Source: an uncultured Verrucomicrobiae bacterium
Lineage (GTDB): Bacteria; Verrucomicrobiota; Verrucomicrobiia; Chthoniobacterales; JAATET01
DNA: 64,000 nt
Reading direction: 5' to 3'
NCBI GenBank assembly: GCA_963719495.1
Contig: CAVRCI010000002.1
Location: 416,001-480,000 of the forward strand
Below, piece after piece: positions 38,074 through 48,480 of the stretch. The notes beneath the pieces are model-generated. The model saw only the letters and a program-made list of their open reading frames with translations, searched no databases and had not been told where the DNA came from. Made by a program: the position numbers and the translations under genes. Positions within the stretch are counted from its first letter, which is position 1, and each line of letters opens with the position of its first letter.

Positions 38074-39300
38074 ATGGCGGGAGAAGTGATCGAGCGGAAG
38101 AGACATGGGGTGATGGCGTTGTGTCTGGCGCTGACGTTGCTGAATTACCTCGACCGGGTGGTGATCTCGTTCGCGATCTCGCCGATTCAGCGGGAATTCG
38201 GTCTGAACAACACGGAATTTGGATTTCTGATGTCGGCGTTCGCCTTCGGCACGCTGGCGGTGAACGGAGTGGCGGGCGTGCTGCTGGACCGGGGAAGCGT
38301 TCGGTTTTTTTGGGGGGGAGCGGTGGTGCTGTGGTCGCTGGTGATGATGGGGCAGGGGCTGGCTTCGACGCTTTTGGTCTTTCTGGGATTGCGGTTTCTG
38401 CTCGGGGTGGGCGAGGGGGTAAATTTTCCGGCGATGAACCGGGCGATGGCGGATTGGATGGCTCCGGGTGAGCTGGGGAAACGCCTGGCCTTCGGTCTGA
38501 TCGGGGTGCCGTTGGCGTTGTTGATCGGTGGGCCGCTGCTCTCGCAGACGATTGCGGGCGTCGGGTGGCGGGCGGCTTTTGGCGCGCTTGGAGCGTTGGG
38601 TTTGGTGTTGGGAGGATTGATGCTGTGGCTTTATCGGGACGGGCCCGCTCGGGCGGTCGTTCGAGTCGAGACGGGTGGGGCTGGTGGGGCTGGTGGGGCG
38701 AAATGGGTGGACCTGCTTCGGAACCGGACGTTGCTGGCGACGTGCTGGTCGTTTTTTGCTTTTGGCTACGTGCTGTTCTTCGGGGTGAGTTGGTTGCCGG
38801 GGTATCTGGAGCAGACTTATGGGATGGACCTCAAGGCGACGGGGTGGTTCTCCGTGCTGCCCTGGGGGATCGCGTTGGTGCTGATGATGGGGGCGGGATG
38901 GCTCTCGGATTGGTTGATGGTGCGGACGGGGAGCGTCCGGACGGCGCGAGTCCACCTCATTTGGGTGGGGCAAGCCCTGGCGGTGGGGTTTTTTGGCGCG
39001 TTGCTCCTGGTTCGCGATCCGACGGTGGCGGTGGTCCTTTTGTCGCTGGCGATCGGTTTCGCGATGATGCCGAACGCGCCCTATTACTCGATCTGCACGG
39101 ATCTCTTCCCGGATCGCTCGGGGGCGGCGACCGGGATTCTGGTCACCTGCTTTTCGGCGTCGGGGATCGTCTCGCCGGTGCTGACTGGCTGGTTGAGCCA
39201 CGTGTCCGGAGGGTTCGACGCGGCGATCGCGGCGTTGATCGTGATTGTCGGGTCGGCGGTGGTCGGAATGGTGATTTTCGCCCGACCGGATCGGAGATGA
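38074..39300 (+). CDS. MFS transporter (anion:cation symporter-like)
   Basis: [21 protein letters not shown]; 12 TMs. Confidence 0.9.
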   Translation: MAGEVIERKRHGVMALCLALTLLNYLDRVVISFAISPIQREFGLNNTEFGFLMSAFAFGTLAVNGVAGVLLDRGSVRFFWGGAVVLWSLVMMGQGLASTLLVFLGLRFLLGVGEGVNFPAMNRAMADWMAPGELGKRLAFGLIGVPLALLIGGPLLSQTIAGVGWRAAFGALGALGLVLGGLMLWLYRDGPARAVVRVETGGAGGAGGAKWVDLLRNRTLLATCWSFFAFGYVLFFGVSWLPGYLEQTYGMDLKATGWFSVLPWGIALVLMMGAGWLSDWLMVRTGSVRTARVHLIWVGQALAVGFFGALLLVRDPTVAVVLLSLAIGFAMMPNAPYYSICTDLFPDRSGAATGILVTCFSASGIVSPVLTGWLSHVSGGFDAAIAALIVIVGSAVVGMVIFARPDRR

Positions 39301-39331
39301 CTCCGAGGCCGGGCTGGTGCATAGTGCGCGT

Positions 39332-40534
39332 ATGAGCACTGCGACGGGATTCGTGTCCGAGCCGGACGAGATGGGGCACTTCGGAGCTTACGGTGGAATG
39401 TTCGTGCCGGAGACGCTGATGACGGCGCTTCAGGAACTCGACGGAGCCTACGCCGAGGCGCGGAAGGACGCGGCTTTTCGAACGGAATTGGCCGGGTTGT
39501 TGAAGGATTTTTGCGGGCGGCCGACGCCGCTTTATTTTGCGGAGCGGATGACCGAGCACTTGGGCGGCGCGAAAATTTACCTCAAGCGCGAGGACTTGCT
39601 GCACACGGGGGCTCACAAGATCAACAACGCGGTCGGGCAGATCCTGCTGGCCAAGCGCATGGGGAAGAAGCGGGTGATCGCCGAGACCGGGGCGGGTCAA
39701 CACGGTGTGGCGACCGCGACGGTGGCGGCGCGGTTTGGCTGCGAGTGCGTGATCTACATGGGGGCGGTCGACATGGAACGGCAGGCGCTGAACGTGGCGC
39801 GGATGCGTTTCCTCGGCGCGAAGGTGGTCGCGGTCACGGCGGGCCAAGCGACGCTCAAGGAGGCGGTCAACGAGGCGATGCGCGACTGGGTGACGAACGT
39901 GCGGTCGACGCATTACATTCTGGGCACGGCCTACGGGGCGCACCCGTATCCGAAGATGGTGCGTGATTTTCACCGGGTGATTGGTGACGAGGCGCGTCGG
40001 CAAATTTTGCAACGGGAGGAGCGCCTGCCGGATCTGCTGCTGGCTTGCGTGGGCGGTGGGAGCAACGCGATCGGATTGTTCTATCCGTTCTTGAACGACG
40101 AAAGTGTCCGGATGGTCGGCGTCGAGGCCGGTGGCCGTGGGATCAAGAAGGGCGAGCACGCGGCGCGTTTTCAGGGCGGTCGGCTCGGGGTGCTGCAAGG
40201 GGCGAAGACGTGGTTGCTGGCGGACGAGGATGGCCAGATCGAGCTGACGCATTCCGTCTCGGCGGGACTCGATTACGCAGCCGTGGGGCCGGAGCATTGC
40301 TACCTGCGCGATCTCGGACGCGTGCGGTATGACTTCGCGACCGACGAAGAGGCGCTGGCGGCATTCCGGACTTTGGCGGAAGTCGAGGGGATCATCCCGG
40401 CGCTGGAATCGGCGCACGCGGTGGCCTACGCGATGAAGGTGGTGCCGGACATGTCGAAGGATGAGCTCGTGGTCGTGAATCTGTCGGGTCGCGGCGACAA
40501 GGACGTGGATCAGGCGGCTCGGATGTTGCTTTGA
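39332..40534 (+). CDS. trpB: Tryptophan synthase beta chain
   Basis: [48 protein letters not shown]. Confidence 0.97.
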   Translation: MSTATGFVSEPDEMGHFGAYGGMFVPETLMTALQELDGAYAEARKDAAFRTELAGLLKDFCGRPTPLYFAERMTEHLGGAKIYLKREDLLHTGAHKINNAVGQILLAKRMGKKRVIAETGAGQHGVATATVAARFGCECVIYMGAVDMERQALNVARMRFLGAKVVAVTAGQATLKEAVNEAMRDWVTNVRSTHYILGTAYGAHPYPKMVRDFHRVIGDEARRQILQREERLPDLLLACVGGGSNAIGLFYPFLNDESVRMVGVEAGGRGIKKGEHAARFQGGRLGVLQGAKTWLLADEDGQIELTHSVSAGLDYAAVGPEHCYLRDLGRVRYDFATDEEALAAFRTLAEVEGIIPALESAHAVAYAMKVVPDMSKDELVVVNLSGRGDKDVDQAARMLL

Positions 40535-40577
40535 GTCGGAAGGTCGAAGGGTCGGAGGGTCGGAAGGTCGGAAGGTC
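40535..40577. repeat. Octamer tandem repeat (GTCGGAAG-like x5) between convergent trpB and ribD
   Basis: GTCGGAAG GTCGAAGG GTCGGAGG GTCGGAAG GTCGGAAG GTC. Confidence 0.85.
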
Positions 40578-40600
40578 TGAGATGAGCGGCTGGTGCCGCT

Positions 40601-41614
40601 TTAGAGTTGGGCGGTTAGTTTGAGGTCGTTGCCGATCCGTTCGTAGATTGGGTCTTTGAGCTTGAGCGCTTCTTCGTTGCTCCCGATGCCTTCTCCGGTG
40701 ACCGCGGGAGTCGGGCCTCCGATCAGGATCGGGGCGGTGTAGAACACGACTTCGTTGACCAACCGCTGGTCGAAAAAGGCACCCAGAGTCTGGCCGCCTC
40801 CTTCGACGAGAATCGAGATCACGTTTTGGGTCCCAAGGTGGTCGAGAAGTTCGGCCAAGGGTGTTGCGAGGACTTCGGTTTTCGCTCGGTGGGGATCGGT
40901 GAGGACCTTGGCGTCGCTCGGAATTTTTCCCCTTTTCGACCAGATGATGCGGCGAGGTTGGGGGGGGGCGGGGATGCCGCGGACGGTGAGGCTCGGGTCG
41001 TCGTCGCGGATGGTGCCGGCCCCGACGAGGATGGCGTCGACCTGGGAGCGGAGGGTCATCGCGTCGGCTCGGGATTCCTTCGAAGTGAGCCAGCGGGACT
41101 TCGGGTGGGAAGAAATGCGGCCGTCGAGTGACTGGCCGCATTTTGCGATCACGTAGGGACGCTGGGTCCGCATCCAATGGTTCCACGCGCGGTTGAGATG
41201 TTCGCACTCTTTTCGAAGAACTCCGGTGGTCACGGCGATTCCGGCTTTCTGGAGGATCCGGCGCGCCCTCCCGGCGTGGGCGGGATTCGGGTCGGTTGCG
41301 CCGAAGACGACGCGCGCGAATCCGCGGGTGAGGATGGCTTCCGTGCAGGGCGGAGTTCGGCCTTGGGTCGAGCAGGGTTCGAGGGTGACGTAGAGCGTCG
41401 CGTCCGCGGTGCGGACTTGAGGTCCGAGCGTGGCGAGTGCCTCGATCTCGGCGTGCGGCGAGCCAGCGGCGCGGTGGTGACCCTGGCCGAGGATGCGGCC
41501 TCCGCGGACGATCACCGCTCCGACCGCTGGATTCGGGCTGGTGCGACCGAGGGCCTTGCGGGCTTCGGCCAGGGCCACGCGCATGAATCGCTCGTCGGTG
41601 GCGCGGTCGGACAT
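40601..41614 (-). CDS. ribD: Bifunctional diaminohydroxyphosphoribosylaminopyrimidine deaminase/reductase
   Basis: PNPAVGA, HAE, VTLEPC...TPPC, SLDG, VGAGT..DDPSL, LVEGG. Confidence 0.95.
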   Translation of the reverse strand: MSDRATDERFMRVALAEARKALGRTSPNPAVGAVIVRGGRILGQGHHRAAGSPHAEIEALATLGPQVRTADATLYVTLEPCSTQGRTPPCTEAILTRGFARVVFGATDPNPAHAGRARRILQKAGIAVTTGVLRKECEHLNRAWNHWMRTQRPYVIAKCGQSLDGRISSHPKSRWLTSKESRADAMTLRSQVDAILVGAGTIRDDDPSLTVRGIPAPPQPRRIIWSKRGKIPSDAKVLTDPHRAKTEVLATPLAELLDHLGTQNVISILVEGGGQTLGAFFDQRLVNEVVFYTAPILIGGPTPAVTGEGIGSNEEALKLKDPIYERIGNDLKLTAQL

Positions 41615-41620
41615 GCCGTT

Positions 41621-42829
41621 TTAGAGATTGTCGCGGATCGCGCGGAAGACGTCGGTGTTTTCCTTGAGGCCCTGGAGCGCTTCGGAACCGGGTCCGGAGC
41701 TTGTCGCGATGGCGTCGGCGGCTGTGCCGATCGCGGCGGTCGTGGTGACGGCGGCGGGCTCGGATTCCGATCCGGGTCCGGTCGACCAGGTGATGAGGGG
41801 GACCGAATCGGCGTTGACGCCGAGGATCGAGACGCCGCGGTCGTTCTTGAATGGATAGCCGTTGAGGCTGAAGCCGCCGATGGATTGTTTGCCGGCGACG
41901 ATGATGAGGGCTTGGTCGCCGGCGTAGCGCAGGGCGGCTCCGACGGCGCGGTCCAGCTCGACGATTTCCCGGAGCACGCGTTCGCCTTCGTTGTGGTGGG
42001 CGGCTTTGCCGATGAGCCCGGCGTCGACGACGAGGACGTAGCCCTTGGGGTTGTATTGGAGCAGGCTGATTGCGCGGGTCGTCATCTCGGCGAGGGTGGG
42101 TTGCCCGAGACGGACCTGATCTTCGCCCGCGAATTTCAGATTTCCGCGACTGAACATGCCGAAGACTCGGGGAAACTGCCAGGCCGGGGTGCGTTCCAGT
42201 TCGGCTTCCGAATGAACGATATCGTAGCCCTGCTTTCGAATCTCGAGCATGAGATCGCGGCCGTCGGTGCGCGCCCCGTCCTTTGACGTCGGCAGGAAGC
42301 TGGCTTCGCCTCCACCGAGAATGACCGACAGATCGATGTCGTCGACCAGTTGGCGGGCGAGTTCGAGGTGGTCGAGCGGATTGTCGGACTTCGCGTAGAA
42401 GGCGGCGGGGGTCGAGTCGGTGAGCGCGGCGTTCGTGACGAGTCCGGTCGCGCGGCCGGAGCGTTGGGCGAGTTCGAAGAGGGCCGGGAGGGGGTTGCCG
42501 GCGGGATCGATGGCGAGGGTTCGATTGTTGACGCGCTCGCCCGTTGCGAGGGCCGACGCGGCGGAGGCGGCGTCGGGGACGGCGAAGTCGTTTGCGTGGG
42601 TCGAAAGGACGGCGAGGTGCGGGAGGGACTCGAGTCGGAGGCGGCGATCGGCTCCGGCTTCGTAGAGTCGCGCCGCCGGGAGGGTGGAGGTGTTGAGATT
42701 GTCGGCGACGAAGAGAATGATTGCGAACGGGCGCTGAACGACCCAGTTCGTGTAGTAAAGGGCTCCAAGCCCGATGAAGGCGAGGACGCAGGTGAGGGCC
42801 AGGAAGCGGTTGCGGAGTTTCTTCGACAT
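41621..42829 (-). CDS. Alkaline phosphatase superfamily protein with degenerate active site
   Basis: AP scaffold (TGLVTN...TPAAFYA, ILGGG, PTLAEMT..AI..L, GYVLVV, ENTDVF); catalytic motifs altered. Confidence 0.8.
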   Translation of the reverse strand: MSKKLRNRFLALTCVLAFIGLGALYYTNWVVQRPFAIILFVADNLNTSTLPAARLYEAGADRRLRLESLPHLAVLSTHANDFAVPDAASAASALATGERVNNRTLAIDPAGNPLPALFELAQRSGRATGLVTNAALTDSTPAAFYAKSDNPLDHLELARQLVDDIDLSVILGGGEASFLPTSKDGARTDGRDLMLEIRKQGYDIVHSEAELERTPAWQFPRVFGMFSRGNLKFAGEDQVRLGQPTLAEMTTRAISLLQYNPKGYVLVVDAGLIGKAAHHNEGERVLREIVELDRAVGAALRYAGDQALIIVAGKQSIGGFSLNGYPFKNDRGVSILGVNADSVPLITWSTGPGSESEPAAVTTTAAIGTAADAIATSSGPGSEALQGLKENTDVFRAIRDNL

Positions 42830-42938
42830 CGAGCGGGCCGCTATCTATGCCGCACTGGGGAGGAGAGGGAAAGTGGAGTTTTTTTGGGGAAACGGTTTGC
42901 GACGGGCGGAATCGTTGATTATATCAGGGTTTGAAGTT

Positions 42939-43012
42939 TGCCCTGTGGTGTAATGGTAACACAGCGCCCTTTGGAGGCGTTATTCATGGTTCGAGTCCAT
43001 GCGGGGCAGCCA
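42939..43012 (+). tRNA. tRNA-Gln(TTG)
   Basis: Acceptor TGCCCTG/CGGGGCA, anticodon arm GCGCC-CTTTGGA-GGCGT, GGTTCGAGTCC T-arm, encoded CCA. Confidence 0.95.
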
Positions 43013-43116
43013 CTCTCCGACCGAGCAAAAGTTTTTCGATTGGTTGGTGCGATTTCCGACGTTTGCGCGGGCCGGAGATTCGAAAAGCGGCCCGGGATGG
43101 GACCGTTGATTGGTTT

Positions 43117-43191
43117 TGGAGCCGGTAGTCGGATTTGAACCGACGACCTGTCGCTTACGAAGCGAATGCTCTACCACTGAGCTATACCGGC
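43117..43191 (-). tRNA. tRNA-Thr(CGT)
   Basis: Reverse complement GCCGGTATAGCTCAGTGGTAGAGC...TTCGTAA...GGTTCAAATCC...CCGGCTCCA. Confidence 0.95.
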
Positions 43192-43257
43192 GTGTTTCGG
43201 GAGCGCGGAATTTACGTCCCGGCGCCGGGCGAAGTCAAGGGCGCGCTCGGCACGCGG

Positions 43258-43512
43258 TCACGCTTGTTGCTTCTTCACGTATTCGACGGCTTTCGTGATC
43301 CCGAAGACGAGCAGGGCCGGCTTGATCGACCAAAGGACGAGTCGAATGAGGAGGATCAGGATCCCGAAGAGCGGAAGGCGGCTGAGCACGAGGCCGGCAC
43401 CCGTGCCGATGAGGACGGCCTTGAGCGGTTCCTCGCGGATTTTGGTTTCGGCATCGGCGACACCTCGGTCGATGCGGGCTTTGAACGTCTCGTTTGTATT
43501 GTTGGTTTCCAT
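43258..43512 (-). CDS. Small membrane-anchored protein (ElaB/YqjD-like)
   Basis: 84 aa; IREEPLKAVLIG.GAGLVL tail motif. Confidence 0.6.
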   Translation of the reverse strand: METNNTNETFKARIDRGVADAETKIREEPLKAVLIGTGAGLVLSRLPLFGILILLIRLVLWSIKPALLVFGITKAVEYVKKQQA

Positions 43513-43635
43513 GATTGTCAGAGGTTGGGCTGTGGTGTTTTAAGAGTGCGTTTGTAGGCGAGTCGAGTCGGTTCGAAAAGTGAGAACACGGGAAGATGCG
43601 GCGACATTCGTTGAAGGAGTTGAACGAGTGCGCGA

Positions 43636-43791
43636 TCAGCGCCGTTTGGTAATGAGCGAAATGATGAAAAGAATGACGAATATGACGACGAGGATCTGGG
43701 CGATCCAGGCCGAGGTGCCGGCGATCCCGCTGAAACCGAGGACGGCGGCGATGATTGCGACGATGAGAAAGGTGATGGCCCAGCTTAACAT
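43636..43791 (-). CDS. DUF1328 family small membrane protein (start ATG 43791)
   Basis: [30 protein letters not shown] pattern. Confidence 0.9.
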   Translation of the reverse strand: MLSWAITFLIVAIIAAVLGFSGIAGTSAWIAQILVVIFVILFIISLITKRR

Positions 43792-43831
43792 GATGCGTGA
43801 TTGGTTCGGTCGCGTGGTCGAGTCGGTCGGG

Positions 43832-44554
43832 ATGCGCTCCCAGCGATACCATCGGTTGGCGATTGGGCGCTGGATGGGTCGGGTGGGTGGCTTTGTGATG
43901 ATCGCCGCTTGTGCGGTGACTTCGGCGCGAGCGGAGGATGAGAAGAATACGGCGGTGACGACCGCGCTCACCGCGGCGGAGTTGACCGATTTCGACGCGA
44001 ATCCCGAGCCGGTGAAGACGTTCCTCACTTCGGCGCTCGCTCTCACGGCCCGCGGATTGGGTTACCAATATGGCTCGGCCGATCCCGAGAAGGGAGGGAT
44101 GGATTGCTCGGGAACGATTTATTTTCTCCTGCGAGACGCTGGATTCGACGACGTCCCGCGGACGGCGAGTCGGCAATACGTGTGGGCGCGCAAGGCGGAC
44201 GAATTCGAGGCCGTGGTGAGTCGCAGCAAGGAGAGTTTCGAATTGGACGACCTCGAGCCGGGCGACCTGCTTTTCTGGACGGGCACGTATTCGACGGACC
44301 GGGATCCACCGGTCACGCATTCGATGATTTATCTGGGAACGGCGAAGTCCGACGGAAAGATGCTGATGTTCGGCGCGAGCGACGGGCGAAGCTATCGAGG
44401 AACCAAGCAGTCCGGCGTGAGCGTTTTCGATTTCAAAATCCCGCAGGGAAAACCCGATTCCTATTCGCCGGGTGCGCGGTTCGTTGGCTACGCGCGGATT
44501 CCGGGAATGGATGACCGGATCGCCGCGGCGGCTGATGAAAAAGCGGCGGACTGA
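43832..44554 (+). CDS. NlpC/P60 family cell-wall peptidase (start uncertain)
   Basis: Signal peptide ending ARA; Y.YG...[29 protein letters not shown]. Confidence 0.88.
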   Translation: MRSQRYHRLAIGRWMGRVGGFVMIAACAVTSARAEDEKNTAVTTALTAAELTDFDANPEPVKTFLTSALALTARGLGYQYGSADPEKGGMDCSGTIYFLLRDAGFDDVPRTASRQYVWARKADEFEAVVSRSKESFELDDLEPGDLLFWTGTYSTDRDPPVTHSMIYLGTAKSDGKMLMFGASDGRSYRGTKQSGVSVFDFKIPQGKPDSYSPGARFVGYARIPGMDDRIAAAADEKAAD

Positions 44555-44600
44555 CGGTGAGAGATGGCGAATCCGGGATTTGCGCGCTAGGAATGACCGG

Positions 44601-45386
44601 ATGAACCAAAAGATCCGAGCGACCGTCTGGAATGAATTCGTTCACGAGCGAGCGAACGCCGTCGTGAAGAAAATCTACCCGGAGGGCATTCATCGCTGCA
44701 TCGCGGATGGGCTGGCGGAAGACCCTGGCATCGACGTGCGGTGTGCGACGCTCGATGAGCCCGAGCATGGGCTTACGGACGAGGTGCTGGCGGAGACCGA
44801 TGTCCTGCTGTGGTGGGGGCATTGTGCTCACGGCAAAGTGGACGACGCGATCGTGCACCGGGTTCAGAAGCGGGTCCTGGAGGGAATGGGTCTCCTTGTT
44901 CTGCATTCCGGGCATTACTCGAAGATTTTCAAGCGTTTGATGGGCACGACCTGTTCGTTGACCTGGCGGGAAGCTGGCGAGAAGGAGCGGCTCTGGGTCT
45001 GCAATCCGGGGCATCCGATTGCTCAGGGGATCGACCGCTGCATCGAGATCCCGCACGCGGAGATGTACGGGGAACCCTTCGGCGTGCCGACTGCCGACGA
45101 AACGGTGTTCGTTTCGTGGTTCGAGGGGGGTGAGGTCTTCCGCTCGGGTCTGACCTGGCGGCGGGGGAACGGGAAGATTTTCTACTTCCGGCCGGGGCAC
45201 GAGACGTATCCGGTTTATTACCAGTCGGAGGTGAAGCGGGTGCTGAAAAACGCGGTGCGGTGGGCGGTGCCCGAGGGAAGTGCGTGGGTGGACTCCTGCC
45301 CGAACGTGCCGGTTGAGGAAGCTTGTGAGCCGCTCACGGCTTCGGGTGAGGGGTTGCACCAAGCGGGGGAAGCGGGGTTTCGGTGA
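44601..45386 (+). CDS. thuA: ThuA-domain protein (trehalose/glycoside utilization, GATase-like)
   Basis: [48 protein letters not shown]. Confidence 0.88.
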   Translation: MNQKIRATVWNEFVHERANAVVKKIYPEGIHRCIADGLAEDPGIDVRCATLDEPEHGLTDEVLAETDVLLWWGHCAHGKVDDAIVHRVQKRVLEGMGLLVLHSGHYSKIFKRLMGTTCSLTWREAGEKERLWVCNPGHPIAQGIDRCIEIPHAEMYGEPFGVPTADETVFVSWFEGGEVFRSGLTWRRGNGKIFYFRPGHETYPVYYQSEVKRVLKNAVRWAVPEGSAWVDSCPNVPVEEACEPLTASGEGLHQAGEAGFR

Positions 45387-45393
45387 GGTTTTG

Positions 45394-45513
45394 TTGAACA
45401 GAAGGTCGCGAAGATCGCAAAGGAATACAGAAGAAATGCCCTTCTGAAGGGGATGAGGCCGGGGCTTTGTCCCGGATAAAACCCCCTTGCGAACTTTGCG
45501 CTCTTGGGTTCAA
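45394..45513. repeat. Imperfect inverted repeat pair with periodic CGC(A/G)AAG cores, no internal gene
   Basis: TTGAACAGAAGGTCGCGAAGATCGCAAAGG (45394-45423) vs CCTTGCGAACTTTGCGCTCTTGGGTTCAA (45485-45513). Confidence 0.75.
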
Positions 45514-45515
45514 GC

Positions 45516-47009
45516 TCATGGTATTGACGCTTGTTCCGGGGGTTCGCTGGGTTGCCAGGAGTCGCGGGCGGGGGGGAGGTTTTGGTTGCCGCGGAGCGAA
45601 ACGAGGAAGGCGACGAGGGCGGTGGTTTCGTCCGGGTCGAGATTTTTGCCGTAGGCGGGCATATTGCCGCCACCCTGGAGGACCTGGCGGGTCAGCTGGG
45701 GGTCGGTGAGCCGGGTGCCGACGGAGGCGAGGTCGGGACCGCGGTGTCCGCCGACGCCGTCGATCGCGTGGCAGGCGCGGCATTGTTTGTATTGAAAGAC
45801 GTTGGCACCGGCTAGCTCGAGGGCGGAGCGGTCTTCGAGAAATTGCGGGGGAATCGGGTCGCTGGACCAGGCGTCCATTTCCGGTGACCAGGGAGAGGTT
45901 TTTCCCAGATAGGTGAGAAGTCCGAGGGTGAGATAGGTGAGGACGACGGTGATGACGGCGACGGGGCGGCGGCGCCAGTGTTTTTCGCCGGTGCCGCAGA
46001 CGAAGGGGAGGGCGAAGAGGACGGCGATGACGACCGGAGCGCCCCCGAGGAGAACGATGGACTCGAGGTTTTCCGGCAGGAGCGCCGCGATGGCGAAGAC
46101 CCAGAGGAAGAAGAAATCCGGACGCGGCAGCGTGTCGATGAGCGTGGGATCGGGCGGGCCGGATGGTCCCTTCGGTCCGAAGAGGACGGCGGCGAGGAAG
46201 ATGCCGAAAACGACGACCGCTCCGGCGATGAGGTCTTTGTCGACGGCCTTCGGGAAGAAGGGGACGCCCTCCTTTTTCAGGATGTCCTTGTAGTGCTGGT
46301 CGTAGGTGGCCTTTTTGACGAGCACGCCGGGGGTCGGGTATTCGTTGATGCCTTTGGTCAGCACCATGCGGAGGTGCAGGCTGATGAGGGCGATGATCGT
46401 GCCCGGGATCAGAAAGACGTGGAGACTGAAAAAGCGCGAGAGCGTCTCGCTGGCGATGATGGGGCCACCGAGAATGAGGTGGACGAGACCCTCTCCGACG
46501 AACGGGACGCGCCCGGCGATGGCGGCACCGATGCCGAGGCCCCAGTAGGCGTCTTCGTCGAATCGCAGAACCTGGCCGGTGAAGGCCATACCGAGAACGA
46601 GGAAAAGGAGGATGCAGCCCGAGAGCCAGGTGATCTCGCGGGGGTATTTGAAGGCGCCCCACAAGTAAACCTGCGTCATGTGCAGGATCATGATGGCGAC
46701 CATGAAATTGGATCCCCAATTGTGGACGGCGCGGAGGAACCAACCCAGTTCCTGCTCGTAGGTGAGGTAGTTCAGGGTATTCCAGGCCTCGGCTCCCGAG
46801 GGAACGTAGACGAACGCCAGAAGGGTCCCGGTGAGAACCTGAATGATGAAGCAAACGAGCGTGGCGCTGCCGAAGACGTAGAACCAACTGCCGGCGCTCT
46901 GCGGCACGTGGTGGCCGGCGGTTGCCTCCCAGAGCTTGGTCACGTGCAGCCGGTCGTCGACCCAATTGTAGAGGTCGAGGGCCGGTTTGGTGAGGCGCTT
47001 CGGGTTCAT
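45516..47009 (-). CDS. Cytochrome b (b6-type plus subunit IV region) fused to C-terminal cytochrome c (start ATG 47009)
   Basis: RAVHNW, LHM, YPRE..W, RFFSLHVF, SLHL; PDFF at PEWY position; CRACH and GGGNMP. Confidence 0.92.
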   Translation of the reverse strand: MNPKRLTKPALDLYNWVDDRLHVTKLWEATAGHHVPQSAGSWFYVFGSATLVCFIIQVLTGTLLAFVYVPSGAEAWNTLNYLTYEQELGWFLRAVHNWGSNFMVAIMILHMTQVYLWGAFKYPREITWLSGCILLFLVLGMAFTGQVLRFDEDAYWGLGIGAAIAGRVPFVGEGLVHLILGGPIIASETLSRFFSLHVFLIPGTIIALISLHLRMVLTKGINEYPTPGVLVKKATYDQHYKDILKKEGVPFFPKAVDKDLIAGAVVVFGIFLAAVLFGPKGPSGPPDPTLIDTLPRPDFFFLWVFAIAALLPENLESIVLLGGAPVVIAVLFALPFVCGTGEKHWRRRPVAVITVVLTYLTLGLLTYLGKTSPWSPEMDAWSSDPIPPQFLEDRSALELAGANVFQYKQCRACHAIDGVGGHRGPDLASVGTRLTDPQLTRQVLQGGGNMPAYGKNLDPDETTALVAFLVSLRGNQNLPPARDSWQPSEPPEQASIP

Positions 47010-47044
47010 TTCCGTGAGTGATTGGTGACTGAGTGAAAGTGGAT

Positions 47045-47653
47045 TTAGACGTTCGTGTTCGCCAGGGTCGGGAGGACGCCGCCTTTCACCCAGAGGGCGT
47101 TGGATTCGACCTTGTATTCGTATTCGTAGAGGCCGCGCGGGGGTGGGCCGGCGGCGTAGGAGCCGTCCTGGTAGTAGGCGCCGCCGTGGCAGGGACAGAG
47201 GAAGAGTTTGGATTCCTCGAACCAGCGGACCGGACACCCGAGGTGCGCGCAGTTGATGGCGAAGACCTGGAATTTCTCCTCGCCGTTTTCCTCGAAGTGG
47301 CGGACCCAGCAGGGGAGATCGGCGGTCTCGCCGTCCCAAGTGCGGGAATTCGGATTGCGGTAGCTGGCCAGACGCGTGGTCTCGAGTGGGAATTTGTCGA
47401 GCGTGCCGAGCTTGATCCATTCGAGCGGCATTTTTTTGGCGAAAGCCGAGAGCGCGTAACCGAGGATGGGGACGCCGATCATGGTGCCGGCGACGACGTT
47501 GAGGCCGACGCCGATTTTCAGCATGAGATTACGGCGGGTGGTTTTTTCGGGTCCGAGCGGGCCGGGCGGCGTCGATTCGCAGCGGGTTGGCGCGTCCGGG
47601 GTGGTGGCTTCCGGTGGAGCCGTGGGTGTCTTCGGATCGGTGTCGTCGGTCAT
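47045..47653 (-). CDS. Rieske 2Fe-2S protein
   Basis: Tat motif TRRNLM; CAHLGC and CPCHGG. Confidence 0.95.
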   Translation of the reverse strand: MTDDTDPKTPTAPPEATTPDAPTRCESTPPGPLGPEKTTRRNLMLKIGVGLNVVAGTMIGVPILGYALSAFAKKMPLEWIKLGTLDKFPLETTRLASYRNPNSRTWDGETADLPCWVRHFEENGEEKFQVFAINCAHLGCPVRWFEESKLFLCPCHGGAYYQDGSYAAGPPPRGLYEYEYKVESNALWVKGGVLPTLANTNV

Positions 47654-48480
47654 GGCTGAAGTGCGGCTTCGCCGTTGGTTTGATTCGGCCGCCGGAGCGG
47701 AGCGGAGGTCGGCGAAGGTGATTCCAAATCGCCGCTCCTTGAAGGGGTTTGGACGGTCGGGGATGGTGACGTTCTTCGGTGCGAGGCTAACCAGGCGACG
47801 ATGTCCGCAACTTCGGGGTCGGCGAGATTGGTGGGGGGCATTCCGAGGTGCGGGCGGCCGACGACGGTGACCGTGCGGAGGTATTGATCGCTGACCAGGC
47901 CGAGATACGCGGTCGCGAGAACGGAACTTGCGGTGCCCCCGAGGCCATCGGCTCCGTGGCAGCTGGCGCAGTGGGTCGAGTAGGCGGTCGCGCCGGCGGC
48001 GGGGTCGCCGAGGGCGGCTTCGTAAGCGGGGAGGTTGGCGGGGGGAGCTCCCGTCTTCCAGGCCGAGATGCCGGTCACGAGGGAATCGATCTGCTCATCG
48101 GTGAGGCTCCCTCCCGCGGCGGGCGCGAATCCCGGCATGGGAGCGCCGGGGACACCGTGGACGATCACGGACCGAAGTTTCCCGGTCGGGATGAAGTGCA
48201 GGTAGCGCGGGAAGTTCATCGGGATCGAGGCGGAGGGCGTGTCGTTCTCGCTGTGGCAGGCGAGGCAATTTTCCCGGTAGAGCTCGGAGAAATCGGTGAC
48301 CGCCGACTCCGGCTGCCAGCGTTCGCTCTCCTTCGGATAGCCGGGCATCCAGTCGCAGGACGTGAGGAGAGTGAGGCTGGCCAACGCAACGACGACGGCT
48401 CGGTGGCGCCTTGTCGTCGTGGATTCGGCGGGACGCCCCATCCCGCACGCGGGGACGCGTGCGCTCCCCGAGTTTTTCAT
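47650..48480 (-). CDS. Diheme c-type cytochrome lipoprotein (start ATG 48480, uncertain)
   Basis: Lipobox LTSC; CLACH...MPGF; CASCH...GMP. Confidence 0.88.
   Translation of the reverse strand: MKNSGSARVPACGMGRPAESTTTRRHRAVVVALASLTLLTSCDWMPGYPKESERWQPESAVTDFSELYRENCLACHSENDTPSASIPMNFPRYLHFIPTGKLRSVIVHGVPGAPMPGFAPAAGGSLTDEQIDSLVTGISAWKTGAPPANLPAYEAALGDPAAGATAYSTHCASCHGADGLGGTASSVLATAYLGLVSDQYLRTVTVVGRPHLGMPPTNLADPEVADIVAWLASHRRTSPSPTVQTPSRSGDLESPSPTSAPLRRPNQTNGEAALQP

Noticed and set aside
39332..40534. trpB without adjacent trpA
   Set aside because: Looks like ordinary TrpB1; scattered trp genes are common, so not notable
42897..42925. Sigma70-like promoter for tRNA-Gln (TTGCGA-17 bp-TATATC)
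   Set aside because: Plausible position, but the -10 lacks the conserved final T; not supportable without TSS data
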